A stretch of DNA of 64,000 bases from a virus. Positions within the stretch are counted from its first letter, which is position 1, and every line of letters begins with the position of its first letter. The notes under the pieces were generated by a model. It did no database searches. It was not told the origin of the DNA and saw only the letters and a program-made list of their open reading frames with translations. Shown here one piece after another: positions 16,922 through 26,322 of the stretch. The stretch covers positions 64,001 through 128,000 of the IMG/VR virus record IMGVR_UViG_3300046787_000675; one strand, given 5' to 3'. Both the position numbers and the translations under genes were made by a program.

Positions 16922-17682
16922 TTACAATTGTAAGTTATTCCAGATAATATTACTTTACTTATAGAGGACGTGAACCATTCACCAATGATATCTATTTCAG
17001 CAGCTATTACGCCTTTACCGTAAAAATGTTCAAACGGATAAGCCACCTTTCCGTTAAGCATTTTTTCTTTTATTTTATCCGCGATTTCCATTCCTGCTGC
17101 TTGTATATCGGAATTCTCAAGATCCGCCCCTTGTTCCTGTAGCCAGGTACAGGTACTACCTGTTCCCCTTACAAGTAAATTAGTTTTTGTGTCTTCTCGA
17201 ACTAAAAATAATTTAGGGGATTTTTGTTTTATAGCGAACTCTTTTATATCTTCCTCTTCCCGGAGTAACGACAATAGATCTAAGGCACTTTTATCGCCAG
17301 CGCGTTTAACCATTAATTGATTACCGTTCCTGCCTAATTCCAATTTTTTGCAGATTCCTGCTGTAACGAAGCTTTCATCTTCATATATAAACTCCAAAGG
17401 AAGTATATGTCCTTTTCGCCTTCCGGACGTTATCTTGATTATGTTCTTTGTAGCATAAAGAAGTTCTGACCCGCCGGATAAACCTTGTCGTATAATACAA
17501 GGTGATACACGTCTATACACAAATTCATTATTCTCAAATCGAACTATATTAAGGAATAGTAGATCTCCCCGGATATATTTATTTATTTCATCGTTGTATA
17601 TACCCGACCAACAACAATAGGTTTTATCTCTAGAAAGATTCGTCTTGAGATGGTCTAGCATCTCTGTTATTTCTTTTTTCAT
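16918..17682 (-). CDS. Hypothetical protein, 254 aa
   Basis: ATGA overlap with the next gene. Confidence 0.75.
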   Translation of the reverse strand: MKKEITEMLDHLKTNLSRDKTYCCWSGIYNDEINKYIRGDLLFLNIVRFENNEFVYRRVSPCIIRQGLSGGSELLYATKNIIKITSGRRKGHILPLEFIYEDESFVTAGICKKLELGRNGNQLMVKRAGDKSALDLLSLLREEEDIKEFAIKQKSPKLFLVREDTKTNLLVRGTGSTCTWLQEQGADLENSDIQAAGMEIADKIKEKMLNGKVAYPFEHFYGKGVIAAEIDIIGEWFTSSISKVILSGITYNCK

Positions 17683-18613
17683 AAGTATCCTTATATCTAC
17701 CTGCCTTCATACAGAAGAAGCAGACTTTTTTATTATCTTCCCGGAATAAACCAGTATGTCCATGTACACAATTTTCTGTTAAGTTAAATGTCTTATCTAT
17801 GCGAGATAAAGCACAGTAGTCTCTTCCGATAGGACAGGCTGTGCATTTTTTATTTTTAAAAGGAGGGTAGATCCCAGAGCATCCTTTTAATCTTTCTTTA
17901 TTTACTGTTTTGTTGCGTTCTTTCTGGGAATTAGATGTATGAATATCTTCCATGTTGATACCATTAAAGGAAGGCTGCAGAATGGCTGTAAAACACATTC
18001 CTCCTAGATCTTCATCTTCATATTCTTCGTATCTAGGTATCCCTATATCGCGGAGAATGTGTTGAATATATGCTCCGCTTCTTACCATGGTAAATACCAT
18101 TCCAGCCGAAGGCCCGGCTAAAGACAGTAAAGAAAGTAAATGCTTTCTACCTTCCACAGGAAGACGGAGACACTCCTTAACATATAATGGTGCCCAGAGA
18201 TTTGTTTTTCTATCCCATACAATACAGTTTTTAGAATTTATCTCGTGAATATTGCCCGAAATCTTGTATGCCACTTCTTTTATTATGTCAGAGGTATAAC
18301 GCTCAGAAGTATAAGAAGATAAAATACCTATTACAGTTTCCTCTTGATACTTCTTTACGTCATTTATTTCGTCCTCGGCATCTTCATAACGCTCATCCTC
18401 TTCCGTAAAAGGGTTATTAAGCTTATTAGATTTTCTAAGTATAGTGTCGCATATAAATTTAGCAATCTCAAGTAGTGTTTTTCCTACTACATAATCATCC
18501 TGTACACAAAAGACATTTTTAAATACATTTTCAACATCCACCCTTTTTTGTTTTAACTGGTTAATGTTATATTCTGGGTGCTTATTTATATCGAAATGTA
18601 TGTTATTCTTCAT
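17630..18613 (-). CDS. Hypothetical protein with C-terminal Cys/His zinc-binding region
   Basis: C..CTAC..C..CVHGH..CFFC. Confidence 0.75.
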   Translation of the reverse strand: MKNNIHFDINKHPEYNINQLKQKRVDVENVFKNVFCVQDDYVVGKTLLEIAKFICDTILRKSNKLNNPFTEEDERYEDAEDEINDVKKYQEETVIGILSSYTSERYTSDIIKEVAYKISGNIHEINSKNCIVWDRKTNLWAPLYVKECLRLPVEGRKHLLSLLSLAGPSAGMVFTMVRSGAYIQHILRDIGIPRYEEYEDEDLGGMCFTAILQPSFNGINMEDIHTSNSQKERNKTVNKERLKGCSGIYPPFKNKKCTACPIGRDYCALSRIDKTFNLTENCVHGHTGLFREDNKKVCFFCMKAGRYKDTYEKRNNRDARPSQDESF

Positions 18614-19433
18614 ACCTTATACGATCTACTAATTTTTTGTATTGGGTATACATCAAATTTTCTATCCCTTTAATATCTGTACTGTTCTTCAAGGCATCTA
18701 GACTTGATATAAGCCTATCTGCATTTTCAGCTATTTCTTTGACAGATATACACAAGGTATTGAATTGATCGTCGTTTACAACCTTTTCATCGCTGGATAA
18801 ACCTACCATAGTATTTATATGTTTAGCCAACTCTATCAGTTCTTTATTGATTGTATTTAACTGGTTGTTGGTACTTTCAATTTTTTTCTCTGCCTCATTT
18901 ATTTTTGTAGATAGCAGAGCGAAGAACCCTACAGGGTGTTTCGGGGTTATACGTGCGGGTTGTTCATTTAAAGGTTCCTGTTTTCTAACAGGTGTAGATG
19001 TTACCTTTTTCACCAGGTTCTCTGTTTCCCGGACAGACATCTTTTTATCCAACACCTCTTCGATAACTTTTATCCTTTGTTCGTCATTGGATATTTTATT
19101 TATCGAGCGAATCTGACTCCATTCAATACCTTTAGAGATGTACTCCAGCATTGCGTCATGATCTGGGCACCGGGTATAGGCTCTGTGTGCTTCCTCGACC
19201 ATTCTCTTAGATATTTTTTGTCCGGCATTAGTTAGTGCTTCCGCCACTCTATCTGTTATAGCTGTACCGTAGACACCTTCTCTTTTCTGCATCTCACCTA
19301 CGATTCTGCCTATTTGCCAATACCCGTATGCAGCCTGGTACCGAATCATTGTATGGATGTCGCATATTAGTTTTGATGCGTCCTCGAAATTATTCGGGAT
19401 CTTTACATCCTTTAAATTGATTAAATCATTCAC
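18603..19433 (-). CDS. DUF1016/YhcG N-terminal-like domain plus coiled coil
   Basis: YWQIGRIV, YGTAITDRVAEAL, ISKRMV, IEWSQIRSI, MSVRETENLV. Confidence 0.65.
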   Translation of the reverse strand: MNDLINLKDVKIPNNFEDASKLICDIHTMIRYQAAYGYWQIGRIVGEMQKREGVYGTAITDRVAEALTNAGQKISKRMVEEAHRAYTRCPDHDAMLEYISKGIEWSQIRSINKISNDEQRIKVIEEVLDKKMSVRETENLVKKVTSTPVRKQEPLNEQPARITPKHPVGFFALLSTKINEAEKKIESTNNQLNTINKELIELAKHINTMVGLSSDEKVVNDDQFNTLCISVKEIAENADRLISSLDALKNSTDIKGIENLMYTQYKKLVDRIRYEE

Positions 19434-19953
19434 TTTGCATTTCCTTTATGTATACATCTAAGGTGTATATAAAAACATTATTACTATTTTGCGTAGGGAT
19501 TAAAATCCTCGGTATAAGAAATAATGTTTTTCCTCTATGTTGTCCATTATCGTTAGCTAAAACAAAGTATTCTTTGTAGCCTTTTATTTTAAACAAAATT
19601 ATAGGTAGTCCGTCACACTCCTCCCAGACATCAAGTAAAAACTTCCATAGCGGTGTTTTTATAATGTCCTTAGTTAGGATGTTACCTATACTTTTAACTA
19701 AAGAAGGATATACCCGCACACGATTTAAACCGTTTTTAGGGAATATCTCTTTAAGTTCTTTTACGAAGTCGTTCTTTAGATTTTCAACTTCGTACATCCG
19801 ATCTTTTACCTGTTTAGCGGTTAATCCGAAAGCAGGAGCAATAAGAGGATACGCCTTTAATATCGACGAATCCTCTTTATGTTTTTTAGTCTCTGCTTTG
19901 GTTTTTTCGACCGCTAAACTCATCATTTCTTGAGGAGTTAGAGGTCTATCCAT
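19426..19953 (-). CDS. Hypothetical protein, 175 aa
   Basis: PIILFK is reminiscent of PD-(D/E)xK resolvase C-termini, but no catalytic motif is seen. Confidence 0.7.
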   Translation of the reverse strand: MDRPLTPQEMMSLAVEKTKAETKKHKEDSSILKAYPLIAPAFGLTAKQVKDRMYEVENLKNDFVKELKEIFPKNGLNRVRVYPSLVKSIGNILTKDIIKTPLWKFLLDVWEECDGLPIILFKIKGYKEYFVLANDNGQHRGKTLFLIPRILIPTQNSNNVFIYTLDVYIKEMQSE

Positions 19954-21383
19954 TATTTTCTCCGTCTTGGTTTAATACCTGGTTTCTGGTCTATGTTTTC
20001 CATAGATTCTTCTGGATCACTTGTTGCAGTTCCTAGTTTGTTATCTGACTCTTCCCGGAACTTACCCATTAGAATATTCTTCTCTTCTGCAGATAATTTA
20101 GTACCTGTTCCCGGCGGTTTGAAATCCTGCTTTTTATATTTCTTTTTAGTATTAATCCACAGTATTTTTTTCAATTTACTGTAGAATTCAGGATCTTCTT
20201 CGCAACGGGCAATTATAGCAGCTCCTACTTCCGAAGGACTTACATCCTTTAAACCAAATGTTTTCGAACTGCATTTTGCAGCACTTTCTCTAGTTATATC
20301 TAGGATTGCATTTAATTCTGATGCAGCTACTACAGATTCGCCACTACCCCAACCGACAGTTCCGCCGGCAAGAATATCAACAAGCGCTCTTTCCCAGTCG
20401 AAATCAACAGTAATCGTTGTTCTTTCTTCCTGACTCTCTTTATCTATATAAGAATCCCGGACAGTCTTCATCAACAAACCTATTTGTCGACCTTGCTCCG
20501 AAAAACATGACTTTAATGTTTTTAGAGTAAAACCTTGCCGTTTTTCACCTACACCATGTTTACCTATACTGTTAGCACGGGAAACCTGTATCCATAGAGA
20601 ATACATAAAGTCTTTATGTACGCCCCCTGGAGTATAGATTTCTTTTTTTGCAAAGCCGGACGGAGGGGCTCCACCTTCTTTATTATCATCTTTATCATGG
20701 TTTATGGCCAGAAGTATTGCCGGCCATTTATTGACAAAGTGAGGTACAAATATTTTTAGGTAATGTGTTAAATTACCTGCCTGCTTCATACCTGAATACC
20801 CTGGAACATGTTCTCCTTTTTCTAACGACTTTATTGCGGAGTCTTCTGAAGATAGACATGATAGGGAGTCTACGTAATACAGTAAGGGTATACCGTAACT
20901 AGGATTATCATCCAGTTTCCCTGTCTTAGGATTTTTTATATGGGTCTTAGCACAGACAGATGTCATGGTAGAGCTAATTGTAGTTAGATCACTAAACATA
21001 TCTTCCTGTGTTTTAGGGGCCACACGCCAGAAGTTACCGTCTGCTGTAGGTTTACCCATACCTCTGTAGATACCATGGACTTGGTCCCATGTTGTTTTAT
21101 TTTCTGCATCCACAAAGCCGGTATATCCTCCTTTACCGGAGATAAAGGAAGATAGGAACCATCCGAAAACAGATTTACCTGCCCCTTGTTTACCCGTTAA
21201 GGTAATGGATCTCTCCAGGGGCAGGACATCGATTCCGATTAGAAATTGAAGGGCTAAATATCTAGGAGGGATCTCAATACCATAAGTTAAATTCATGGTA
21301 TCTTGCGTATCTTTTATATACTCACTACCATTCTTCATCTTACAGAATTGATCTATAAGTGCGTTCTCTAGAATTTCATGCAT
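19953..21383 (-). CDS. RecA/UvsX-like recombinase
   Basis: Walker A GKQGAGKS, FVDAEN, Walker B YYVDSL, AINH, TPGG. Confidence 0.85.
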   Translation of the reverse strand: MHEILENALIDQFCKMKNGSEYIKDTQDTMNLTYGIEIPPRYLALQFLIGIDVLPLERSITLTGKQGAGKSVFGWFLSSFISGKGGYTGFVDAENKTTWDQVHGIYRGMGKPTADGNFWRVAPKTQEDMFSDLTTISSTMTSVCAKTHIKNPKTGKLDDNPSYGIPLLYYVDSLSCLSSEDSAIKSLEKGEHVPGYSGMKQAGNLTHYLKIFVPHFVNKWPAILLAINHDKDDNKEGGAPPSGFAKKEIYTPGGVHKDFMYSLWIQVSRANSIGKHGVGEKRQGFTLKTLKSCFSEQGRQIGLLMKTVRDSYIDKESQEERTTITVDFDWERALVDILAGGTVGWGSGESVVAASELNAILDITRESAAKCSSKTFGLKDVSPSEVGAAIIARCEEDPEFYSKLKKILWINTKKKYKKQDFKPPGTGTKLSAEEKNILMGKFREESDNKLGTATSDPEESMENIDQKPGIKPRRRK

Positions 21384-21386
21384 ATC

Positions 21387-23072
21387 TTAGTCCTCGTTAT
21401 CTATTTCACCTGCCATCATACTTGCCGCTAAATCCTCATCGAAAAACTCATCGGAGTCTTCTTCTGGAATAGACATAGGAAGCGGTGGAGGCGGAGGTGT
21501 TTGTGCTTTGCTTCTAGTTGCTGTTACCGGCGGAGGTGTTGCTTGTCCTGCTTTAGGTGCCACGGGTAAACTTGGGAGGTTAGGTAATCCAGGCAAACTT
21601 GCCGGCGCTGCTTTATTAACAGGTGCTGCCGTAGTCTGCTGTGTTTTAGGTAACGCAGGCAAACTCGCAGGTGCAGCTGCTTTAGGGGCAGGTGTTGCAG
21701 TAGTCTGCTGTGTTTTAGGTAGTCCCGGTAATCCTGGAAGTTGCGGAGGTAAAGCCGGACCTCTTTGTACCGCAGCGTTTGGATCTGTATAGGTTGGAGG
21801 AGGCATAGTAGAGGTTTGTGTCGTATTATGTCCCGGCACCTGTTGGTTGTTTCTTTGTAAAGGGTGTACACCTTTCGCAACCATATCCTTTGCCCCATAT
21901 ACAGGATCGGAAATATTTTCGGATGTCCCTATTACAGGAGTGTCTCCGTTTAAATATTCCAGATAAGGAGAATACTGTTTTACATTACGCAACGCAAAAT
22001 CAACAGCTTCCGGCGAGTACACTTTTACAAGTGTTTCCAGTACATCTTCAATAGCAGCAGGCAATAATATTTCATCCCACGTTCTATACACTTGTTTAAG
22101 ATAATCCAATGAGATTGGACAGGCTAAACCGGAATCCTCTAAAGTATATTCGACTTTAGTTGATCCTTGTGCAGCGTTTATCTGTGTATATGCAGTAAGA
22201 ACTACAAGGTTACCGCCTAAACCGATATTACCGAATTTATTGTTCTCGAACGTGGCAATACCTTCTTCATCCATACTGATCATTTGTGCCGGTCTAAGGA
22301 GATTACGTAAGAATGCTGTTACTGCATTTCTAGGAATTATAAGAACGCCTAGTTCCGGAGTATCCAGCTTTACACCGTTCTCCTGATACACTATACATCT
22401 TACCATTACTTCCCTGATACCGGGACCAGATAAAGATATAGGTCGACCATCGGCGCTAATAAAATCATTACCAAGAGGTGATTTATTAGAACAACTGCAA
22501 CTGGCGCAATCCATATTTAACCATTTAAGCCATTTAGCAGGAACGTCAGGTTGTACCTTTACATTCAGTAATTCTTTTGCTTCGAGTAATTTTATATAGA
22601 TATTACGAACAACACGTTGTAGTGGTGACATGTAGTAACTGACAGCTCTACCTTGTCTATCTAACCACCCCAGTTTTGCTCCTTTACTCGGGTCTGCCTC
22701 GTCCTGTAACTCGCCGGCTTCGCTATACCCGTATGTTCCACCGAGGATAGATGCATTAGTCGTACCGCAGCCCTTTAATACATCCGCGGATACTAACCAA
22801 TCCCCCATTTTATCTTGCGGGGATGTCTCATCCGGATACATAACCATGTCTTCTAATGCCACACCATCCTCTGCTATGGAAGGAAGTATCTTGATTAGAG
22901 TTTTATTATATACCGGTGCTTCCGGTTTACTCTTATCTTTATTTTTAGTTACTTTTGAACTAACCAGTCTGTACCCGCATCCGGGTTTTAATACATAGTC
23001 AGTAATAGGCATTAAACTACCTTCTTCCCATGTTTTTGCAGCTTGCTGCTGCGGTCTCGGTCTTCTATACAT
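21387..23072 (-). CDS. Putative single-stranded DNA-binding protein with Pro/Ala/Gln-rich repeats and acidic tail
   Basis: IKILPS in the N-terminal region; position between polymerase and recombinase; acidic C-terminus (PEEDSDEFFDED..EIDNED). Confidence 0.5.
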   Translation of the reverse strand: MYRRPRPQQQAAKTWEEGSLMPITDYVLKPGCGYRLVSSKVTKNKDKSKPEAPVYNKTLIKILPSIAEDGVALEDMVMYPDETSPQDKMGDWLVSADVLKGCGTTNASILGGTYGYSEAGELQDEADPSKGAKLGWLDRQGRAVSYYMSPLQRVVRNIYIKLLEAKELLNVKVQPDVPAKWLKWLNMDCASCSCSNKSPLGNDFISADGRPISLSGPGIREVMVRCIVYQENGVKLDTPELGVLIIPRNAVTAFLRNLLRPAQMISMDEEGIATFENNKFGNIGLGGNLVVLTAYTQINAAQGSTKVEYTLEDSGLACPISLDYLKQVYRTWDEILLPAAIEDVLETLVKVYSPEAVDFALRNVKQYSPYLEYLNGDTPVIGTSENISDPVYGAKDMVAKGVHPLQRNNQQVPGHNTTQTSTMPPPTYTDPNAAVQRGPALPPQLPGLPGLPKTQQTTATPAPKAAAPASLPALPKTQQTTAAPVNKAAPASLPGLPNLPSLPVAPKAGQATPPPVTATRSKAQTPPPPPLPMSIPEEDSDEFFDEDLAASMMAGEIDNED

Positions 23073-23083
23073 TTTTTTTTCCT

Positions 23084-25201
23084 TTAATATACTTTTGCTT
23101 TTGGGGGTTTATTTAATTGTAATTGACTCTCGGGTATTTTTAGTTTTTTATCGACTACCCAGCCAAACTCTACAGCATCTTCCCAAATTAATGTTTCCTT
23201 CAATACTGGATGAATAATTTCTTTTGCTTCTTTTCTCCAGCGTCTCATTAAAGTTCCTTCACATTTTAGTCCTGTCACATTCGGTAATACGATGCGCATA
23301 CCAAAAAGCATAAGCTCTTTAATTCTTTTGATTTTTTCTTGTAGCTTCGGGTCGTTCTCCTCTAGTTCAAATAACAATTCGTCGTGCACCATATTTACCA
23401 TTTCGAATCCTTCCAGCCACAAATACCACATAGCGAGTTTTATCCCGTCGGCAACTAATCCCTGGAAAGGATAATTACAGGCAGCACAGTAGCCGGATTT
23501 GGTTTTGATACGGTTTGTTATTGTAGATGCGATATAGGCTTTTTCTATCTTTTTTTCGGTCGAACTTATCTTTACTTCGCGAGTTCCGCCTTCAAGCGGA
23601 GACAGGTGATACTTCATTTCAGGGAAACTTGTTACCCATAAATCCAGTAACTCTTCCGCTTCTTCTATTGTTATATCTACGCCGTAATTTCGAGCATAAG
23701 TAACAAAGGTTTTTGCGGATAATCCTCCCGGTTTTCCGAAGTTTAGGGCTTTTGCTATTTGTCTGTACCATGCTTTTCCTCGAACACCTTCTGAGTCATC
23801 TGCAGGAAGTTTTTCCCAATCCTCATCTGTTGCTCTTTCGAATAACTTGAAGATCTTTTGACCAAGCCATACATGCAGGTCTACTCCGGAATTAATAACA
23901 TCCAGCATCACAGAGAAATTGTACCGCGTGTAACATGTCTGAGCTAAAGCACATAATTCTGCCTGTGAATAGTCGCAGGCGAATAACAGCTTTCCTTCCG
24001 GTGCCTTATATATTCCTCTTAGACCTTCTTTCCTAGGTACGTTTTGGAGATTAGGGTAAGAACACGAAGTTCTACCTGTCTTAACCATGTCCCTGTATGT
24101 AGGGTGTACCCGACCATCCCTGCCTATTCTATCATAAATAATTGTCCCGTCTTCCTGGACAGTATTATCGGACAAATAGGTAATAAGCATTTTATTAAGA
24201 TGCTTATATTCTTTATACAATTTAATGAATGTGTAATCGTTGGGAATAGTTGCCAACGCTTCATCCGTTGTCTTTATCCTGGGTGGTTTAGGAGGTGTAG
24301 CGCGAATTATAGTTCCATCTGCTTTCTTTCTCGCGACAGTACCTTTATTTCCTGCTGTTCTAGGTAGAGTGATATTAAATACTTGTTCCATGAACTCCAG
24401 GCGTCGTTGCAGCTCTTTATCCGAGGACTCTCCCGGACGCCAGTTAAAGTATTCTAATTCTTTTAGCTTTAACTGTATCGAATCGTTAATTTTTGTGTAT
24501 AGGCGCTGTCGTTCGTTACTATCTACATACATTCCCCGTAAGGATATATCGTAGAGAACTAACTTCCCATATAAACATATAAATTCAGTAGGATACTCTC
24601 TATTTAACATCTTATACAATTGACATGTATAAGCTGTATCCAGACAAGCATATACAAGATGCTCTGTTGAAGGCATCCAGTACTTATCTCCATCCATTAA
24701 TTTAAATGTTAATCGTATGTTTTTATCTTTATCTACTTTAATGCGCAACATAGTAAGACATGCATAATCGAGCGACGATAATCCTACAAACGTTCCATGC
24801 GCCATGGTATGTAGTATAAACTTAACCTGGGTATCTATGATTTCTTTATCGAGTAATTTTTTCAAAAGATACCGACAATCTGTTCTAGGATCGCCTAATA
24901 CAAAAATATCAAAAGGAGCATTATGAAATATCCATTTACTTCCCGGGTTATTTTCATCGAGTTCCCGGAAGTAATCCCCCCAGTAGGCTACATGTACTAT
25001 ATGTATAACCCCAGCATTATCGTCGCATACTGTAGCTAATACAGGTATTATAGGAGACCCTTTTTGTATTTCTTCGGTCTCCGAGTCAATACCTATAAAA
25101 TCAGCATTTTTTATTGGTTTAGTCACCCCTGGTATATACCACTCAGCACTATATGATTTGTCCCGGGTATGTATTGGTATGACGTAACTATCTACCGACA
25201 T
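23084..25201 (-). CDS. Family A DNA polymerase with 3'-5' exonuclease
   Basis: IDSETE, FHNAPFD, YACLD; TGRTS..PNLQNVP; motif A DYSQAEL; motif B RQIAKALNFG; motif C VHDE. Confidence 0.95.
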   Translation of the reverse strand: MSVDSYVIPIHTRDKSYSAEWYIPGVTKPIKNADFIGIDSETEEIQKGSPIIPVLATVCDDNAGVIHIVHVAYWGDYFRELDENNPGSKWIFHNAPFDIFVLGDPRTDCRYLLKKLLDKEIIDTQVKFILHTMAHGTFVGLSSLDYACLTMLRIKVDKDKNIRLTFKLMDGDKYWMPSTEHLVYACLDTAYTCQLYKMLNREYPTEFICLYGKLVLYDISLRGMYVDSNERQRLYTKINDSIQLKLKELEYFNWRPGESSDKELQRRLEFMEQVFNITLPRTAGNKGTVARKKADGTIIRATPPKPPRIKTTDEALATIPNDYTFIKLYKEYKHLNKMLITYLSDNTVQEDGTIIYDRIGRDGRVHPTYRDMVKTGRTSCSYPNLQNVPRKEGLRGIYKAPEGKLLFACDYSQAELCALAQTCYTRYNFSVMLDVINSGVDLHVWLGQKIFKLFERATDEDWEKLPADDSEGVRGKAWYRQIAKALNFGKPGGLSAKTFVTYARNYGVDITIEEAEELLDLWVTSFPEMKYHLSPLEGGTREVKISSTEKKIEKAYIASTITNRIKTKSGYCAACNYPFQGLVADGIKLAMWYLWLEGFEMVNMVHDELLFELEENDPKLQEKIKRIKELMLFGMRIVLPNVTGLKCEGTLMRRWRKEAKEIIHPVLKETLIWEDAVEFGWVVDKKLKIPESQLQLNKPPKAKVY

Positions 25202-26322
25202 AATTTTCTAGCTTCTGTTATTAGGTTAGTGATCTCTTCTCTAGAGTAGTTATCCGGGTCGTAACCCTCGGCTAATCTCAATGCAGTTATTCCGTTTTTG
25301 AATATTTTCTGCTCTCTACATATTGTTTCAATCTCTTTTGCTTTTGCATACGCTTCCGCTTCCCCGTCAAAAACTATAACGCAGGAGGCAAAAGAACCCC
25401 ACACTAGTTTTAATATTTTTAACTGTTCTTCAGAAACAGATTTTCCGAATGTAGCTACGGCGTTTTTACCTATGCGCCATACATCTGTTACTCCCTCAAC
25501 TATTACAAGATCTGTACAGTAAGATGCAGCAGACATGTTATATAACCATTGAGACTTACCTTCTGTAGTTACCGATAAAGGAGGGAATATGTATTTTTTA
25601 TTCAGATGTTTAATAGGGTGAGGTTTTATAGCCCGGGCTTGCCAACCTATTATTTTATATGCCCGTGTTATAGGTATCAGTAATCTGTCGTCCCAGGATA
25701 TAATATCTTTCCCGGTTTGACCCGTCCATAATTTACTTCCTTTCGGCAGGTACCGAACATCGAAATCAGCATCCAATTCTGAAGGCGTGTACCTTCTTGA
25801 ATAGATATACTGTATTACTTCTTCCGGAACAAGGGGAGAGGTTAGAGGGTAGTTCACCGGTAAATCTACCTTATCGATAAGACCACCAAAATATTTACCT
25901 GGTTTTGTCTTTATTATCTGTTCCGGGGATATTTTGTATCCTTCTTCTACAATCTGTTTAAGTAAAGGATTAAGATAACACCCTTCATTCTTACAGTCAT
26001 ATACAAGACCAAATAGATACCATCCACCGCTTTTCTCGATGCCTGTTTTTTTGCATTTTGTTTTCGATGTAGATGTTTTCGTACCGGTAAAGTGCGAGAT
26101 ATATAACCGTTTTCGGGTGTCTCCGCAATTAGGACAATCTACATGGTATGTCTCTCCCCAATCAGATACTTTGGCATAGGGTTTTGTTTTATCTTGTTTA
26201 AACCTACCTATTGCAACTTCCGACGGGCAGCTATATGCCCCCTCTTTTCCTACACCTGTAACCTCTACATATTTGAACCGATTAACTAATGCTGTATATA
26301 GACCTGGATTGCGTATTTCCAT
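25192..26322 (-). CDS. DNA primase (Zn-binding plus TOPRIM)
   Basis: CPNCGD..C; IIGWQAR; VEGVTD, FDGE, DPD. Confidence 0.9.
   Translation of the reverse strand: MEIRNPGLYTALVNRFKYVEVTGVGKEGAYSCPSEVAIGRFKQDKTKPYAKVSDWGETYHVDCPNCGDTRKRLYISHFTGTKTSTSKTKCKKTGIEKSGGWYLFGLVYDCKNEGCYLNPLLKQIVEEGYKISPEQIIKTKPGKYFGGLIDKVDLPVNYPLTSPLVPEEVIQYIYSRRYTPSELDADFDVRYLPKGSKLWTGQTGKDIISWDDRLLIPITRAYKIIGWQARAIKPHPIKHLNKKYIFPPLSVTTEGKSQWLYNMSAASYCTDLVIVEGVTDVWRIGKNAVATFGKSVSEEQLKILKLVWGSFASCVIVFDGEAEAYAKAKEIETICREQKIFKNGITALRLAEGYDPDNYSREEITNLITEARKLCR

Noticed and set aside
21524-21898. Alternative-frame minus ORF (likewise 42235..42780)
   Set aside because: By-product of low-complexity repeat sequence lacking stops.
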